From positions 96,001 through 160,000 of the IMG/VR virus record IMGVR_UViG_3300034126_000020: a DNA stretch of 64,000 nt. The stretch is one strand, 5' to 3'. Source of the DNA: a virus. Lineage: Duplodnaviria; Caudoviricetes. This document shows positions 19,976 to 29,741 of the stretch, piece after piece. Positions within the stretch are counted from its first letter, which is position 1. Every line of letters starts with the position of its first letter. The notes under the pieces were generated by a model. That model was not told where the DNA came from. It ran no database searches and saw only the letters and a program-made list of their open reading frames with translations. The position numbers and the translations under genes were made by a program.

Positions 19976-21157
19976 GTGCCAGAAATGAGCGATTATAAGG
20001 TGATGAAACAGGTGCTGGACACAATTGCCCAGCACGGTGGTTTCGACAGCGATGACGCCTTGATGCGCCGTTTGACCCGTGAGCAAGGTACCGGCGCCAT
20101 TGGCGGACGATTCCATGATCTGCTCGGCGGATACAACCGTACGCAGCAGGGATCTGCGGTGCCAGCTAACACTGACATGCAGGGCTTGACGTTTTTCACA
20201 CGTCCGAATTTGAACCTGTCATACGATAACATCATGGCGTACCGGCAATTGTCGGTTTTGGCCAGTGATAACCCTCGTAGTTACAGCCGGATCATCCGAA
20301 GGATGCTTTGGCCGGACAGTTACGAATCAGATATAAAGAAAGACAACACCATCTTTGACAACCGTCAGGCTTTTATGCCGCTCTTGAGCAACGCCCTGAC
20401 AAACATGTCCGGGTGGCCTGACTTGACCCTCCACGCTTACAGCACTTCGGAGGGGATGGCAAAAGAATCCTGGATGATGAACGACACCATTGCAGAGATC
20501 AATGGACGTTACTCCCTGGACTGCACATTCGAAAATACCTTAGGCGATCCTATATCATTGACGCTGTTTGCGTGGCTTTTGTACATCGGTGGTGTCTACA
20601 TCGGCACCAAGATTCTGCCGGCTGGTTACAACATCGTGCAGAACGAGATGGACTACAACACACGCATCTATCGTTTCGTGACAGATTGGTCTGGGCGGTA
20701 CATTCAGAAGTGGGCGGCATGTGGGGCTGCGTTCCCTGCTGGCCTGTCCATGGGCAGTGCGTTCAACTACTCGCGTGACAACCCGTACAACGAAAGTCAG
20801 AAGTCCATTCAGACCACCTTTGAATGCACAGTGGCTGAGTACAACGACCCGATCACGCTGTGGGAGTTCAACAAACTGGTGGTGATGTTCAACCCAGAGA
20901 TGGGTGACGGCACTCGCCAAAGTCAAATGGTGAAGATCTCTGCTGATGAGCGCAAGTTGCTCAACTACAAAGGCTTCCCGTGGATCAACCTCGCTGCCAA
21001 CAACGAGTTGGAGTGGTGGATGGACCGTGCTGAGTACGACACTGTCACGAAGGGTAACTTCAACGGGACGGTGCCTGCGTTGCCAGCCGATACCTCCGAC
21101 CCTGACTCTGCGATCTTTGCAGGTGAGTCCTCGTCTAACGTCACTACGACTGTATAA
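19976..21157 (+). CDS. tail tube/baseplate-associated protein (gp88-like)
   Basis: plus-strand pair with the baseplate gene as in phiKZ; FFTRPNLNLS motif. Confidence 0.6.
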   Translation: MPEMSDYKVMKQVLDTIAQHGGFDSDDALMRRLTREQGTGAIGGRFHDLLGGYNRTQQGSAVPANTDMQGLTFFTRPNLNLSYDNIMAYRQLSVLASDNPRSYSRIIRRMLWPDSYESDIKKDNTIFDNRQAFMPLLSNALTNMSGWPDLTLHAYSTSEGMAKESWMMNDTIAEINGRYSLDCTFENTLGDPISLTLFAWLLYIGGVYIGTKILPAGYNIVQNEMDYNTRIYRFVTDWSGRYIQKWAACGAAFPAGLSMGSAFNYSRDNPYNESQKSIQTTFECTVAEYNDPITLWEFNKLVVMFNPEMGDGTRQSQMVKISADERKLLNYKGFPWINLAANNELEWWMDRAEYDTVTKGNFNGTVPALPADTSDPDSAIFAGESSSNVTTTV

Positions 21158-21168
21158 CGGAGTTATCA

Positions 21169-24090
21169 ATGTCCAGGTCCGACCTGAATACCCTGATTGA
21201 TTTGGCCAAGCTTAACCCCATGGCCGTACAACGTGGCGGTATCGAGTACCTTGAACGTGTGCGCAATGGCGAGATTGAAATCGTCGATGCCAGCAACGCG
21301 ATGGTGTACTTGATGGAGTTTGCTTCGACTCTGTTTGCGAACGGGGCTCGTAAAGACGAATTCCTCAACCGCCTTGCATACCCCGAACTGGCCATGACCC
21401 GCTCTGACCTGTATCGGCACATGAGTGACGTGGATTACATCAACGTGTTCTCTGGACCGTCCAGTACCAACCTCCTGCTGGTCTACCATAAAGACGAGAT
21501 CTTGGAGAAGGCGGTACCTACCGGCGAAGCGGGCATGCGTAAGCTCGTCATTCCTCGTCACACGAAGATCATGGCCGGGGACGTACCTTTCACCCTCCAG
21601 TACCCGATCGAGCTGCGTGTGCTGCCTCACGGCGATTTGCAGGTGGTTTACGATAACAGCAAGCCTTCACCGCTGTTGACACTGGAGACCAACCGGGTCA
21701 CCAAGTCGATCGAGAACTACAACCGTGGACATGAAGAGTACATCCAGCTCGAAGTCCCGACTCAGCAGATCGCGATCAAGAGTTACACCGCACCTCAGAC
21801 AGCTTCGCGGGTCTTTGATAAGACCTACAAGTTCGATGACCAGTTCTACTTCTGCCGGGTGTACGCCAGCAATGGTAATGGCGGCTGGGATGAGATCAAG
21901 ACCACCCACAGTGATCAGGTCTACAACCCACTGACCCCGACTGCGGTCCTGAAGATCTTGGACGACAATAAGCTGAACGTCTCCATCCCTCAGATCTACT
22001 ACAGCACGGGTCTGATGAACCGTACGCTGCGGGTCGACGTCTACACCACCCGTGGTGCGCTGGAACTGGCCGTGCAAGGTTACAGCTCGGACATGTTCAA
22101 AGCGGTCTACAACGACTACGACAACGATGACAACGGCAAGTACACCTCGCCTGTGCAGAAGTTGGTCAGTGGTTACTTCATGGCTGCGACTCCTGCGACC
22201 GGTGGCTCCAATGCCCTGACGTTCGAGCAGTTGAAAGAACGTGCCATCAACAACGCCTTGGGTCGTATTGATGTTCCGATCACCAACGTGCAGATCCAGA
22301 CCCAATTGGACCTGTTGACCGATGCTGGTTTCAGTTGCGTGACCGACATCGACAACGTGACCAACCGTCTGTATGCGGCCAGCCGTGAGTTGCCAGCACC
22401 GGACATCAAGGAAGTGTCGACAGGTATGGGTTCCAACGTCGTGACCCTGAGCAAAACCATCGACCAGATCTTGGCCTCGGCGGATGTGAAGGACAACGGT
22501 GAGCGGATCACCATCCTGCCTACGACCCTGTATAAGGACGAAGGTGGATTCCTGTCGATCGTGGACAACGAGGACCGCGATGCACTGAAGGCTCTACCGG
22601 CCGATGTGTTGGTCGAACGTGTCACAGGCGGGGATTACTTCTACACGCCGTTCCATTACGTCTACGACGTCGCTGACAACGTCCTGACAGTACGTCCGTA
22701 CTACTTCGGCAACCCAAAGCTGACCCGTCGCTTCTTTGTTGAAGACAACGGCACAATGGGCGTGGGTGTGAACTCCAACAGTCACAACTTCATCCGTACT
22801 GACACGGGTTGGAAATTGCAGGTCATGACCAGCAGTACCGACACGTTGAAAGAACTGGATGACGAAGTCCTCGTGGCGCAGTTGGCATTCATTCCACCGG
22901 GTGAAGTGTCCCGTGTCTACTTGAACGGCACCATGCTGGGTCGAGACCTGACCTCCAAGGAATGGATCTTCGAGTTTGAGTTCACCTCGAACTGGGATGT
23001 GGACGGGTCGAACAACGTCTACCTGAATGGCTTTGAAGCCGATCAGATTGCACCGCATGCGTACCCTGCTACCATGGAAACCGTGTTCGATGTGTTCTTC
23101 GGTGTCAAGGCTGCTTTGGTGACCCCGGGCGAATACACCCGCATCGACCAACTGATGGGCAAGTTCAAGTATGAAGACGAGATCATGGGCCTGTACCATG
23201 AGCAAGTCACCCTCATCCTTGGCAACTCGTTGGACGGGCTGTGGGCACGTGCTCGTTCTACCGTGGGTGAAGAACAGTACCTGCGTTACGAAGAAGACGT
23301 GTACGAACTCTGGACCTCGGACGTTCCTGAGAAGACAGCTACAGGCGCGGTCAAGGTCGCGTACGACAGCAACAACAAACCTTACGTGGTGTACAAACAC
23401 CGTGTGGGTGATGTCAAGATCAACGAAGAGACCGGTAAGCCTGAGATCCTTCATGCAGCCAACTCCGTGATCTACCAGAACGGTGAGCCGATTGTGGCCA
23501 CGCCTCGTTCGGTGCTGCGTCAGGTTGAGCTGTGCTTGTTCGACGGGGTGTACTACTTCGTCACCAACACCACGGACGTCAACTACCGCGACACGGTGCC
23601 AAACCAAATCGTGGAATGGGTCAACATCACCTTGGCTCCAACCCGCAAGAAATTGCTGGAGAAGACCAAGTTGTGGTTCCACCCGAAATCGACTGTGGGT
23701 CTGGTCGGTGCTATCGTCGACGACAGTCTGGCGGTCAACATCCAAGCGGCTCAACACCTGTACATCGAGTTCTTCGTCTCGGAGACCGTGTACAAGGATC
23801 TGGCGCTTCAGGAAGAGATCCGTAAGGCTGCACGTAAAGTCCTGACCACGGCCTTCAAGGAACTTCAAGTGACCCGTAACGGCCTTGAGAACCTCCTGAA
23901 GACCACGATGGGCGATGACGTGACCACGGTGAACATCACTGGTCTGGGCGGCTACCGCAACTACAGCGTGATCACCATGAAAGACGAATCTTCTCGCCTG
24001 TGCATCGGTAAGAAGATGGTGACTCTGCCTAACGCCACCTTCGGTGTGGCTGACAGCATTGACATGCAGTTCGTGAAACACTCGGTGTGA
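21169..24090 (+). CDS. baseplate wedge protein (gp87-like, T4 gp6/BaseplateJ-like)
   Basis: 973 aa; ATGGSNALTFEQLKERA...PIT resembles the gp6 core. Confidence 0.65.
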   Translation: MSRSDLNTLIDLAKLNPMAVQRGGIEYLERVRNGEIEIVDASNAMVYLMEFASTLFANGARKDEFLNRLAYPELAMTRSDLYRHMSDVDYINVFSGPSSTNLLLVYHKDEILEKAVPTGEAGMRKLVIPRHTKIMAGDVPFTLQYPIELRVLPHGDLQVVYDNSKPSPLLTLETNRVTKSIENYNRGHEEYIQLEVPTQQIAIKSYTAPQTASRVFDKTYKFDDQFYFCRVYASNGNGGWDEIKTTHSDQVYNPLTPTAVLKILDDNKLNVSIPQIYYSTGLMNRTLRVDVYTTRGALELAVQGYSSDMFKAVYNDYDNDDNGKYTSPVQKLVSGYFMAATPATGGSNALTFEQLKERAINNALGRIDVPITNVQIQTQLDLLTDAGFSCVTDIDNVTNRLYAASRELPAPDIKEVSTGMGSNVVTLSKTIDQILASADVKDNGERITILPTTLYKDEGGFLSIVDNEDRDALKALPADVLVERVTGGDYFYTPFHYVYDVADNVLTVRPYYFGNPKLTRRFFVEDNGTMGVGVNSNSHNFIRTDTGWKLQVMTSSTDTLKELDDEVLVAQLAFIPPGEVSRVYLNGTMLGRDLTSKEWIFEFEFTSNWDVDGSNNVYLNGFEADQIAPHAYPATMETVFDVFFGVKAALVTPGEYTRIDQLMGKFKYEDEIMGLYHEQVTLILGNSLDGLWARARSTVGEEQYLRYEEDVYELWTSDVPEKTATGAVKVAYDSNNKPYVVYKHRVGDVKINEETGKPEILHAANSVIYQNGEPIVATPRSVLRQVELCLFDGVYYFVTNTTDVNYRDTVPNQIVEWVNITLAPTRKKLLEKTKLWFHPKSTVGLVGAIVDDSLAVNIQAAQHLYIEFFVSETVYKDLALQEEIRKAARKVLTTAFKELQVTRNGLENLLKTTMGDDVTTVNITGLGGYRNYSVITMKDESSRLCIGKKMVTLPNATFGVADSIDMQFVKHSV

Positions 24091-24127
24091 CGGCATAAAG
24101 GCAGGGGCCACTGGCCCCTGCCCTATG
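24091..24127. terminator. bidirectional hairpin between convergent genes, TATG flank on both strands
   Basis: GGCAGGGGCC-ACT-GGCCCCTGCC flanked by CGGCATAAA and CTATG. Confidence 0.7.
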
Positions 24128-24135
24128 TTCGCGTG

Positions 24136-25329
24136 TTACGCAGCCATCAATTGGTCCATGTGGCTGTCGACACCGTCGATCAGACGGGCCATGTCGAGCT
24201 TCACACCGGCCATCAGATTACGGACCGTGTCGAAGTTAGCCAAGGCATGGGAGATACCGTAACGACCACTGATGAAATCCAGCAGACGGTTGGCGGTTTC
24301 TTCATTGCCGGCTTCTTCGGCTTCACGGTACTGCTTGTTGTACTCGCGTTGCTCTTCGTTGAACTTCGCCCACACTTTCTTCCACAGGGCAAAGATACGC
24401 AGCACACCGTACTTACGAGTCTGTTGAGTCGCAGTGTCGATGTTACGCAGTACCACAGGCATGTCGGAGACCGTGTACTTGATCGGCTGAGCCTTGAGCG
24501 CATTGAAGTGCTTGAGGATGTCGTTCATTTGACGGTTGGCGATGTTCCACTGGTCCCACGTAGGCTCTACAGGGGAGAACTCAATGCTGTACATCGCAGC
24601 GACTTTGGCGTTGGCGTCATACAACGCAGCCAAGCCACCATCGATGTTCTGCAACACGGTGTTCAAGAACGATTCGTAGGCGTACACGACGCTCACGAGG
24701 CGGTTGTCCTTGATAGCCATGTCAAAGAACACGGTCATGTCTTTCCAGGTCTGAGCATCAACCTGTGGGAGGGCAGTCACCTTCTCCACTTTCTTGAAGT
24801 CGACCTTGATGACACGCTTGACCAGCTCTTCTTCGACCTTCTTCTCCATCGCAGCGCTACGCGTAGCCGCTACAGCAGAGCCAGAGAAGTAAGCCTTGAT
24901 CTTGGCGGCGAACGCTTTGATCGCTTCCCAGATCTTGCGCAGGATCGAACCCAACAGGCCTTCCATTGCTGGAGAGTAGTTGACCTTCGACGGCAGTTCG
25001 GTGAACGAAGCCAGTGGCATCGTCTCGAACACTTGTGGGAAGCCTTCCATCGAGGTGGTCATACTGGTCAGCACTTGGGCATCGGCCCGAGAGATGTGGC
25101 CAGAGTCACGCACGCTGTGATAGATGTTGCGCAGGCTTTCAAGCGCTGGCTCAAGGATGGTGACATCCTCGTCGCTCAGGTTTTCAACCACAGCCAGCTT
25201 CTCGACTTCATCGAACAATTGCTCGAGCGAGAGGCCGGTGATCTCTTCTGTCACTTCAGGAGTCAACTCCAGTGTGGCAGCGAGTTCACTGATGTCCATT
25301 ATCGCACCGGAATCAGAAATCATTGACAT
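24136..25329 (-). CDS. internal head protein (gp86-like)
   Basis: TSMEG and PAMEG motifs, then LLGSILRKIWEAIK. Confidence 0.7.
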   Translation of the reverse strand: MSMISDSGAIMDISELAATLELTPEVTEEITGLSLEQLFDEVEKLAVVENLSDEDVTILEPALESLRNIYHSVRDSGHISRADAQVLTSMTTSMEGFPQVFETMPLASFTELPSKVNYSPAMEGLLGSILRKIWEAIKAFAAKIKAYFSGSAVAATRSAAMEKKVEEELVKRVIKVDFKKVEKVTALPQVDAQTWKDMTVFFDMAIKDNRLVSVVYAYESFLNTVLQNIDGGLAALYDANAKVAAMYSIEFSPVEPTWDQWNIANRQMNDILKHFNALKAQPIKYTVSDMPVVLRNIDTATQQTRKYGVLRIFALWKKVWAKFNEEQREYNKQYREAEEAGNEETANRLLDFISGRYGISHALANFDTVRNLMAGVKLDMARLIDGVDSHMDQLMAA

Positions 25330-25378
25330 TGAGTTACCCTCATAGGGCGAGAGGAGCCTAGGCTCCTCTCGGGTGGTG

Positions 25379-25813
25379 TCAGGCTGGAACGAAGCGGCGA
25401 ATGAACTCGCTCAGATCGCTACGCATCAGGCCACCGACGCTGTTGTTCAGGACGCTTGCGTGCACCGCATCGACCGAGGCTTCGAAAGCCGGACGACGCA
25501 GTTGTACGCAGATGTCTTCCACAGACAGCAGTTGAGGCTCGTGGCAAAGCACGTAGCGGTTCTTGTAGATGTCCACGACCATGTTGTAGGTCACGTTCAC
25601 GGAGAACGGGTACATCTCGTTCAGCTGGCCGATCACACGCTTAACCACGTCGGCATGGAACTGCTCGAAGTGCATCACGATGGAGTCGACTTTGCTGCCT
25701 GGCAACGGGAAGGTGTAACCCAACTCAACGGCCAGTGCGGTTTCCAGGAAGGGCTTACGCTCTGCTGGGTTTGGGACAGCCTCAAGAAGCTGTAGGAGGC
25801 GAGTGATGTTCAT
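25379..25813 (-). CDS. virion protein (gp85-like)
   Basis: synteny; coupled to the upstream gene. Confidence 0.55.
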   Translation of the reverse strand: MNITRLLQLLEAVPNPAERKPFLETALAVELGYTFPLPGSKVDSIVMHFEQFHADVVKRVIGQLNEMYPFSVNVTYNMVVDIYKNRYVLCHEPQLLSVEDICVQLRRPAFEASVDAVHASVLNNSVGGLMRSDLSEFIRRFVPA

Positions 25814-25815
25814 GC

Positions 25816-27168
25816 TTACACCTTGGCTTGGAGTTGGTTGGAAAGTTCGAACAGGCGGTTGTTCACGAGGTTCTCGAGCATGCGTTGGAACTTCTGCTCG
25901 TTAGGACGCCCGGAGAACACACCCTTGACGTATTCAACAATCACGTCAGGACCGAAGTAACCCTTCACACCGTTACGGATCGGGGCGAGGATGTTGTCGA
26001 TGGCTTCGATCTGGTTGATGATGTCCTGACGCTGACGCACAGTCAGGTAGGCACCCTTGGCCGAGGCGATCAGTTCACGACGCATGGCTTCGAAACGCTG
26101 CGGGATTGGATCGTAGATACCGTCGTCCACACCGGCGAACAGCGGCATGAGGACCATGATCATACCGAGACCTGCCAACGGCACGAAGGCAGTCATGATA
26201 CCGAAGGCTACAGCCAATGCACCGAAACCGATCACTGCGTAACCAGCCAGGGAGGACATGATGTTCGCCTTGCGGCCACGGTACTCTTTGAAGTACGCAG
26301 GGTAGGACTTGTACATGTAGTCCAGGGCTTCAACGATGTACTGAGCACCGCCGTGACGAGCCACGAATTGGTCCGAGGAGAACTCGAACGCACGCAGGTC
26401 GTAGAACTTGGTGCCCAGTTCAGAACGGATGCTCTCAACCATACCGGCCATGACCACTTGCTGGATCAGCAGTGGGTCGGTAGAACCGTTGATCTCGTTG
26501 AGGTCACGCAGACGCCAGCCGGTCTTCTGCTCGGCCACCTTGACGACGTCCTGGATGATCTTGTCATCGGCACCTTCGTGTTGTTGGCGAGTGATTTCAG
26601 CCACGACCACGTTGGACAGGACCATACGGCCCAAGTAACGCAGGTAGGTGAAGCCATGGCCCATTTCGTGACAGGCGATAGCCGCGACGTGCATGCCTTC
26701 GATACCGACCATGCTGCGGTCAGTGAAGAACTCAGTGGCGATGAAGATGTCGATTGGGATTTCGGAGTAGATACCCGAGACCTTGCCCAGTTTGATGTCG
26801 ACGGTGCCCTTGAACAGCTCTTGCTCAGAGACCGGACGACCAAAGCGTTTGACCTTGGTGGCGACTTCATCAGGACGCATTGGGCTGGCGATGTCGGCTT
26901 GTGGTGGGAGCACGAATGCGTTCGGACCACCCAGTCGAGCGAAGTTGAAGCGGAAGTGCATGCCAGTGACTTTCTTCGCGATCTCGTGAAGAGCAGCACT
27001 GACTTTGTTGAAGGTGTCTTTCGAAGGATCACGGAGACAGGCTTCGAACTGAAGTCCCATTTCCTTGAGCAGTGTAGAGTCACGTTGGAAGTCAATCGCT
27101 TCCATCGAGGCAATGAGGGCTGGATTCATGACAGAGTCTCTTGAAGGTGGCTTGGTGTAGGTACCCAA
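25816..27168 (-). CDS. head protein with HExGH zincin-like motif and TM segment (gp84-like)
   Basis: ASMEAIDFQ N-terminus, CHEMGH motif, hydrophobic C-terminal helix. Confidence 0.7.
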   Translation of the reverse strand: MGTYTKPPSRDSVMNPALIASMEAIDFQRDSTLLKEMGLQFEACLRDPSKDTFNKVSAALHEIAKKVTGMHFRFNFARLGGPNAFVLPPQADIASPMRPDEVATKVKRFGRPVSEQELFKGTVDIKLGKVSGIYSEIPIDIFIATEFFTDRSMVGIEGMHVAAIACHEMGHGFTYLRYLGRMVLSNVVVAEITRQQHEGADDKIIQDVVKVAEQKTGWRLRDLNEINGSTDPLLIQQVVMAGMVESIRSELGTKFYDLRAFEFSSDQFVARHGGAQYIVEALDYMYKSYPAYFKEYRGRKANIMSSLAGYAVIGFGALAVAFGIMTAFVPLAGLGMIMVLMPLFAGVDDGIYDPIPQRFEAMRRELIASAKGAYLTVRQRQDIINQIEAIDNILAPIRNGVKGYFGPDVIVEYVKGVFSGRPNEQKFQRMLENLVNNRLFELSNQLQAKV

Positions 27169-27247
27169 TCATAGAGATTGGCGTTATTTCTTACAAAGCT
27201 CTGGTATTGATTTGTATATACCCACCCAACAGTTTTCAGGATAGCTC

Positions 27248-28972
27248 ATGACAGCCGTTAAGAAAGCTCCTCTCTTCAACAAAGAGGATGTGTTAGGTCT
27301 TGAGTGCAAACACGCGATCTATACCGAACATCAGCTCAATGACACCGATGACCTCCTGACCGTGAAGGAGTTGGTGTGGCTGAAGGACGGTACTCGTGTG
27401 CCGCGACTTCGGTTCTACCCTAACCGCATGCGCCCCTTTGGCATCACAAAAGAAAAATACCGTAACCACAAGGACAAAAAAGAAGTAGAGGACCTCGATA
27501 AGCTGGTCCTGTGTGAGACCACTCAGCGAGACCTCAACAATCAGATCGTTCGACGCATGGGCTATGGCAACCCACGTCAGCAGTTACGCACGTTATGCCG
27601 TAACCAGTACATCTACGGTGCCGACATTGCTCCAGCCACTCTGCTGAAGCGTCAGTACCAAGAGAAGTGGCCAGGTCTGTTCCATGCCAACCAAGTGGCC
27701 GTGCTCGATACCGAGACCGACATGTGGAACGGCGATGGCAAGGACATCATCATCTCGACGGTGACGTTCAAGAACAAAGCCATTGTCACGATCCTCGACA
27801 CATGGATCGAAGGCATTCCAGATGCGGTCAATCAGATCCGTGAGGCTCTGAACACCTACCTCGGCCATCTTGTGAAGCCACGCGGGATTGAGTTCGAGAT
27901 CGAGATCATGAAGTCCCCTGGGGCCATGGTCAAAAAGTGTGTCGACAAGTGCCACGACTGGATGCCTGACTTCGTGTCCTTCTGGAACATGGACTTCGAC
28001 ATGACGGTGATGATCCGTGCGTTGGAGAACGAAGGCTACAACTTGGCTGAAGTGTTCAGTGCCCCTGAGGTTCCCAAGGAGTACAAGTACTTCAAGTACA
28101 AACGTGGTCCAGATCAGAAGGTCAAGGCCGATGGTAAGTCTGAGAACTTGGCATGGTACGATCGGTGGCACACCGTCACAACGCCGTCCAGTCACTTCTG
28201 GATCGACAGTGCGGCAGTCTATCGGAACATCCGTCGGGCCAAGGGTAAGGAGCCCAGCTACGCTCTCGACAAGATCCTCAAGAAGAACCTCGGTGAAGAC
28301 TTCGGTAAACTGTACTTCCCAACCGGTGACTCCTCTGCTCACCCGGGTAGTGTCGAATGGCACATGCAGATGCAGAAGAGCTTCAAGATCCCGTACGTCG
28401 TGTATAACGTCTACGACTGCTTGGGTGTAGAGCTACTGGATGAGAAGGTGACTGACCTGAACACCCAGATCGGTATCTTGTCTGGGTCGTCGGAATACAG
28501 CATCTTTAACTCCAACCCGAAACGTAACGTCAACGACTTCTACTTTGACATGCTCAAAGAAGGGATGATGACAGGTACGTTGTCGGACCGGATGGAAGAC
28601 GAGCTGGATCGTCTGCTGCTCGGTAAGGAAGATTGGATCATCACGCTGCCAACGAGTCTGGTGGAAGCGAACGGTGTGTTCATGATCAAAGACTTGCCAA
28701 CCGTACGTTCATTCGTACGTCGGTACACGTCTGACGCCGACATCGGGTCTACGTATCCGAACGGCGAGATCATCATGAACCTGTCGAAGATGACGACCAT
28801 GTACGAGGTCTGTCGTATTGCGGGGGTCACAGCAAGCAAGCAACGACTGGTGGGCATCAACCTCACAGGCGGGCCGGTGAACTCAATCGAGATCATGACC
28901 GATGTGATGAAGGCACCAGATCCGTTCGAACTGCTGGAAGCTTTCGAGGAAGAACTGCGTCAAGCTGCGTAA
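27248..28972 (+). CDS. split family-B DNA polymerase subunit: 3'-5' exonuclease plus motif A (phiKZ gp82-like)
   Basis: DTETD exo I, WNMDFD exo II, YNVYD exo III and DADIGSTYP polymerase motif A; motifs B and C absent. Confidence 0.88.
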   Translation: MTAVKKAPLFNKEDVLGLECKHAIYTEHQLNDTDDLLTVKELVWLKDGTRVPRLRFYPNRMRPFGITKEKYRNHKDKKEVEDLDKLVLCETTQRDLNNQIVRRMGYGNPRQQLRTLCRNQYIYGADIAPATLLKRQYQEKWPGLFHANQVAVLDTETDMWNGDGKDIIISTVTFKNKAIVTILDTWIEGIPDAVNQIREALNTYLGHLVKPRGIEFEIEIMKSPGAMVKKCVDKCHDWMPDFVSFWNMDFDMTVMIRALENEGYNLAEVFSAPEVPKEYKYFKYKRGPDQKVKADGKSENLAWYDRWHTVTTPSSHFWIDSAAVYRNIRRAKGKEPSYALDKILKKNLGEDFGKLYFPTGDSSAHPGSVEWHMQMQKSFKIPYVVYNVYDCLGVELLDEKVTDLNTQIGILSGSSEYSIFNSNPKRNVNDFYFDMLKEGMMTGTLSDRMEDELDRLLLGKEDWIITLPTSLVEANGVFMIKDLPTVRSFVRRYTSDADIGSTYPNGEIIMNLSKMTTMYEVCRIAGVTASKQRLVGINLTGGPVNSIEIMTDVMKAPDPFELLEAFEEELRQAA

Positions 28973-29031
28973 ACAAAGAAAAAATAAAGCCCGGGCCGTC
29001 TTGGCCTGGGTTCTATTTCGTGTGCCCGTAA

Positions 29032-29298
29032 TCAGGGCTTTGGTACCTCCTTCTTGATGATGTTGATTTCTACGTTCTGGTGGATGTCAACACCTTTATT
29101 TACTGCGTAGGCTGTTACCCCTGAGTGGATGATCCATGCAAAAGCAATCATCATCAGTCCGTATCCTACTATCTTCATATCGCCAACCTCTACGTTGAAC
29201 AATTTGACTTCTTTGAACTTGAACCACTTGTCTAATCGGTTTGTCGCCCAGTTTATTGCTTTCTTCATACTGCCTCTCTTATTGTTGTTTACATTCAT
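29032..29298 (-). CDS. AT-rich single-TM small protein
   Basis: hydrophobic IVGYGLMMIAFAWII segment; visibly AT-richer DNA. Confidence 0.55.
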   Translation of the reverse strand: MNVNNNKRGSMKKAINWATNRLDKWFKFKEVKLFNVEVGDMKIVGYGLMMIAFAWIIHSGVTAYAVNKGVDIHQNVEINIIKKEVPKP

Positions 29299-29414
29299 TT
29301 GGTCCTCCGTGTGGCCCTTATTAATAGTGTAACATAACCCCGTTACATGTCAATGACCGTTCGTCGGCTTTGACGGGGGTGACTGGGGAGAACCGCTCTC
29401 CCCAGTGCACAGGT

Positions 29415-29741
29415 TTATTTGCCCTTCTTGTCGTGCAGTTTACGCATGTTGCCATGTAGCTTTGTTGCCATGTACTTCGTGGCGACCTTCAGTTCCTTGC
29501 GAACCTTCCGGACTTCATTCTTCGCCCTGAGGGACATGTTGTTGAACTTGCGACGCAGACGAATATCGCGTGGCAGTTGTGGCTTCGGCAGTTCGTAGGA
29601 CGGGGTGTCGCCATCGTAGTCTGCCTGAGGAGCCCGAAGAGGTCTCTGGAAGATGTCCGATTCAATATCCCGAGGGAATGGCTTCCCTGTTTCTTCTTTC
29701 AGCCGCATAGCCCCGACGAGGAGGTCATTGTCCTTGCTCAT
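29415..29741 (-). CDS. basic hypothetical protein
   Basis: ATGA overlap with the upstream gene. Confidence 0.6.
   Translation of the reverse strand: MSKDNDLLVGAMRLKEETGKPFPRDIESDIFQRPLRAPQADYDGDTPSYELPKPQLPRDIRLRRKFNNMSLRAKNEVRKVRKELKVATKYMATKLHGNMRKLHDKKGK

Noticed and set aside
27248-28972. Truncated polymerase pseudogene
   Set aside because: A split PolB is the normal state in phiKZ-like phages, and the ORF is intact with a terminator.
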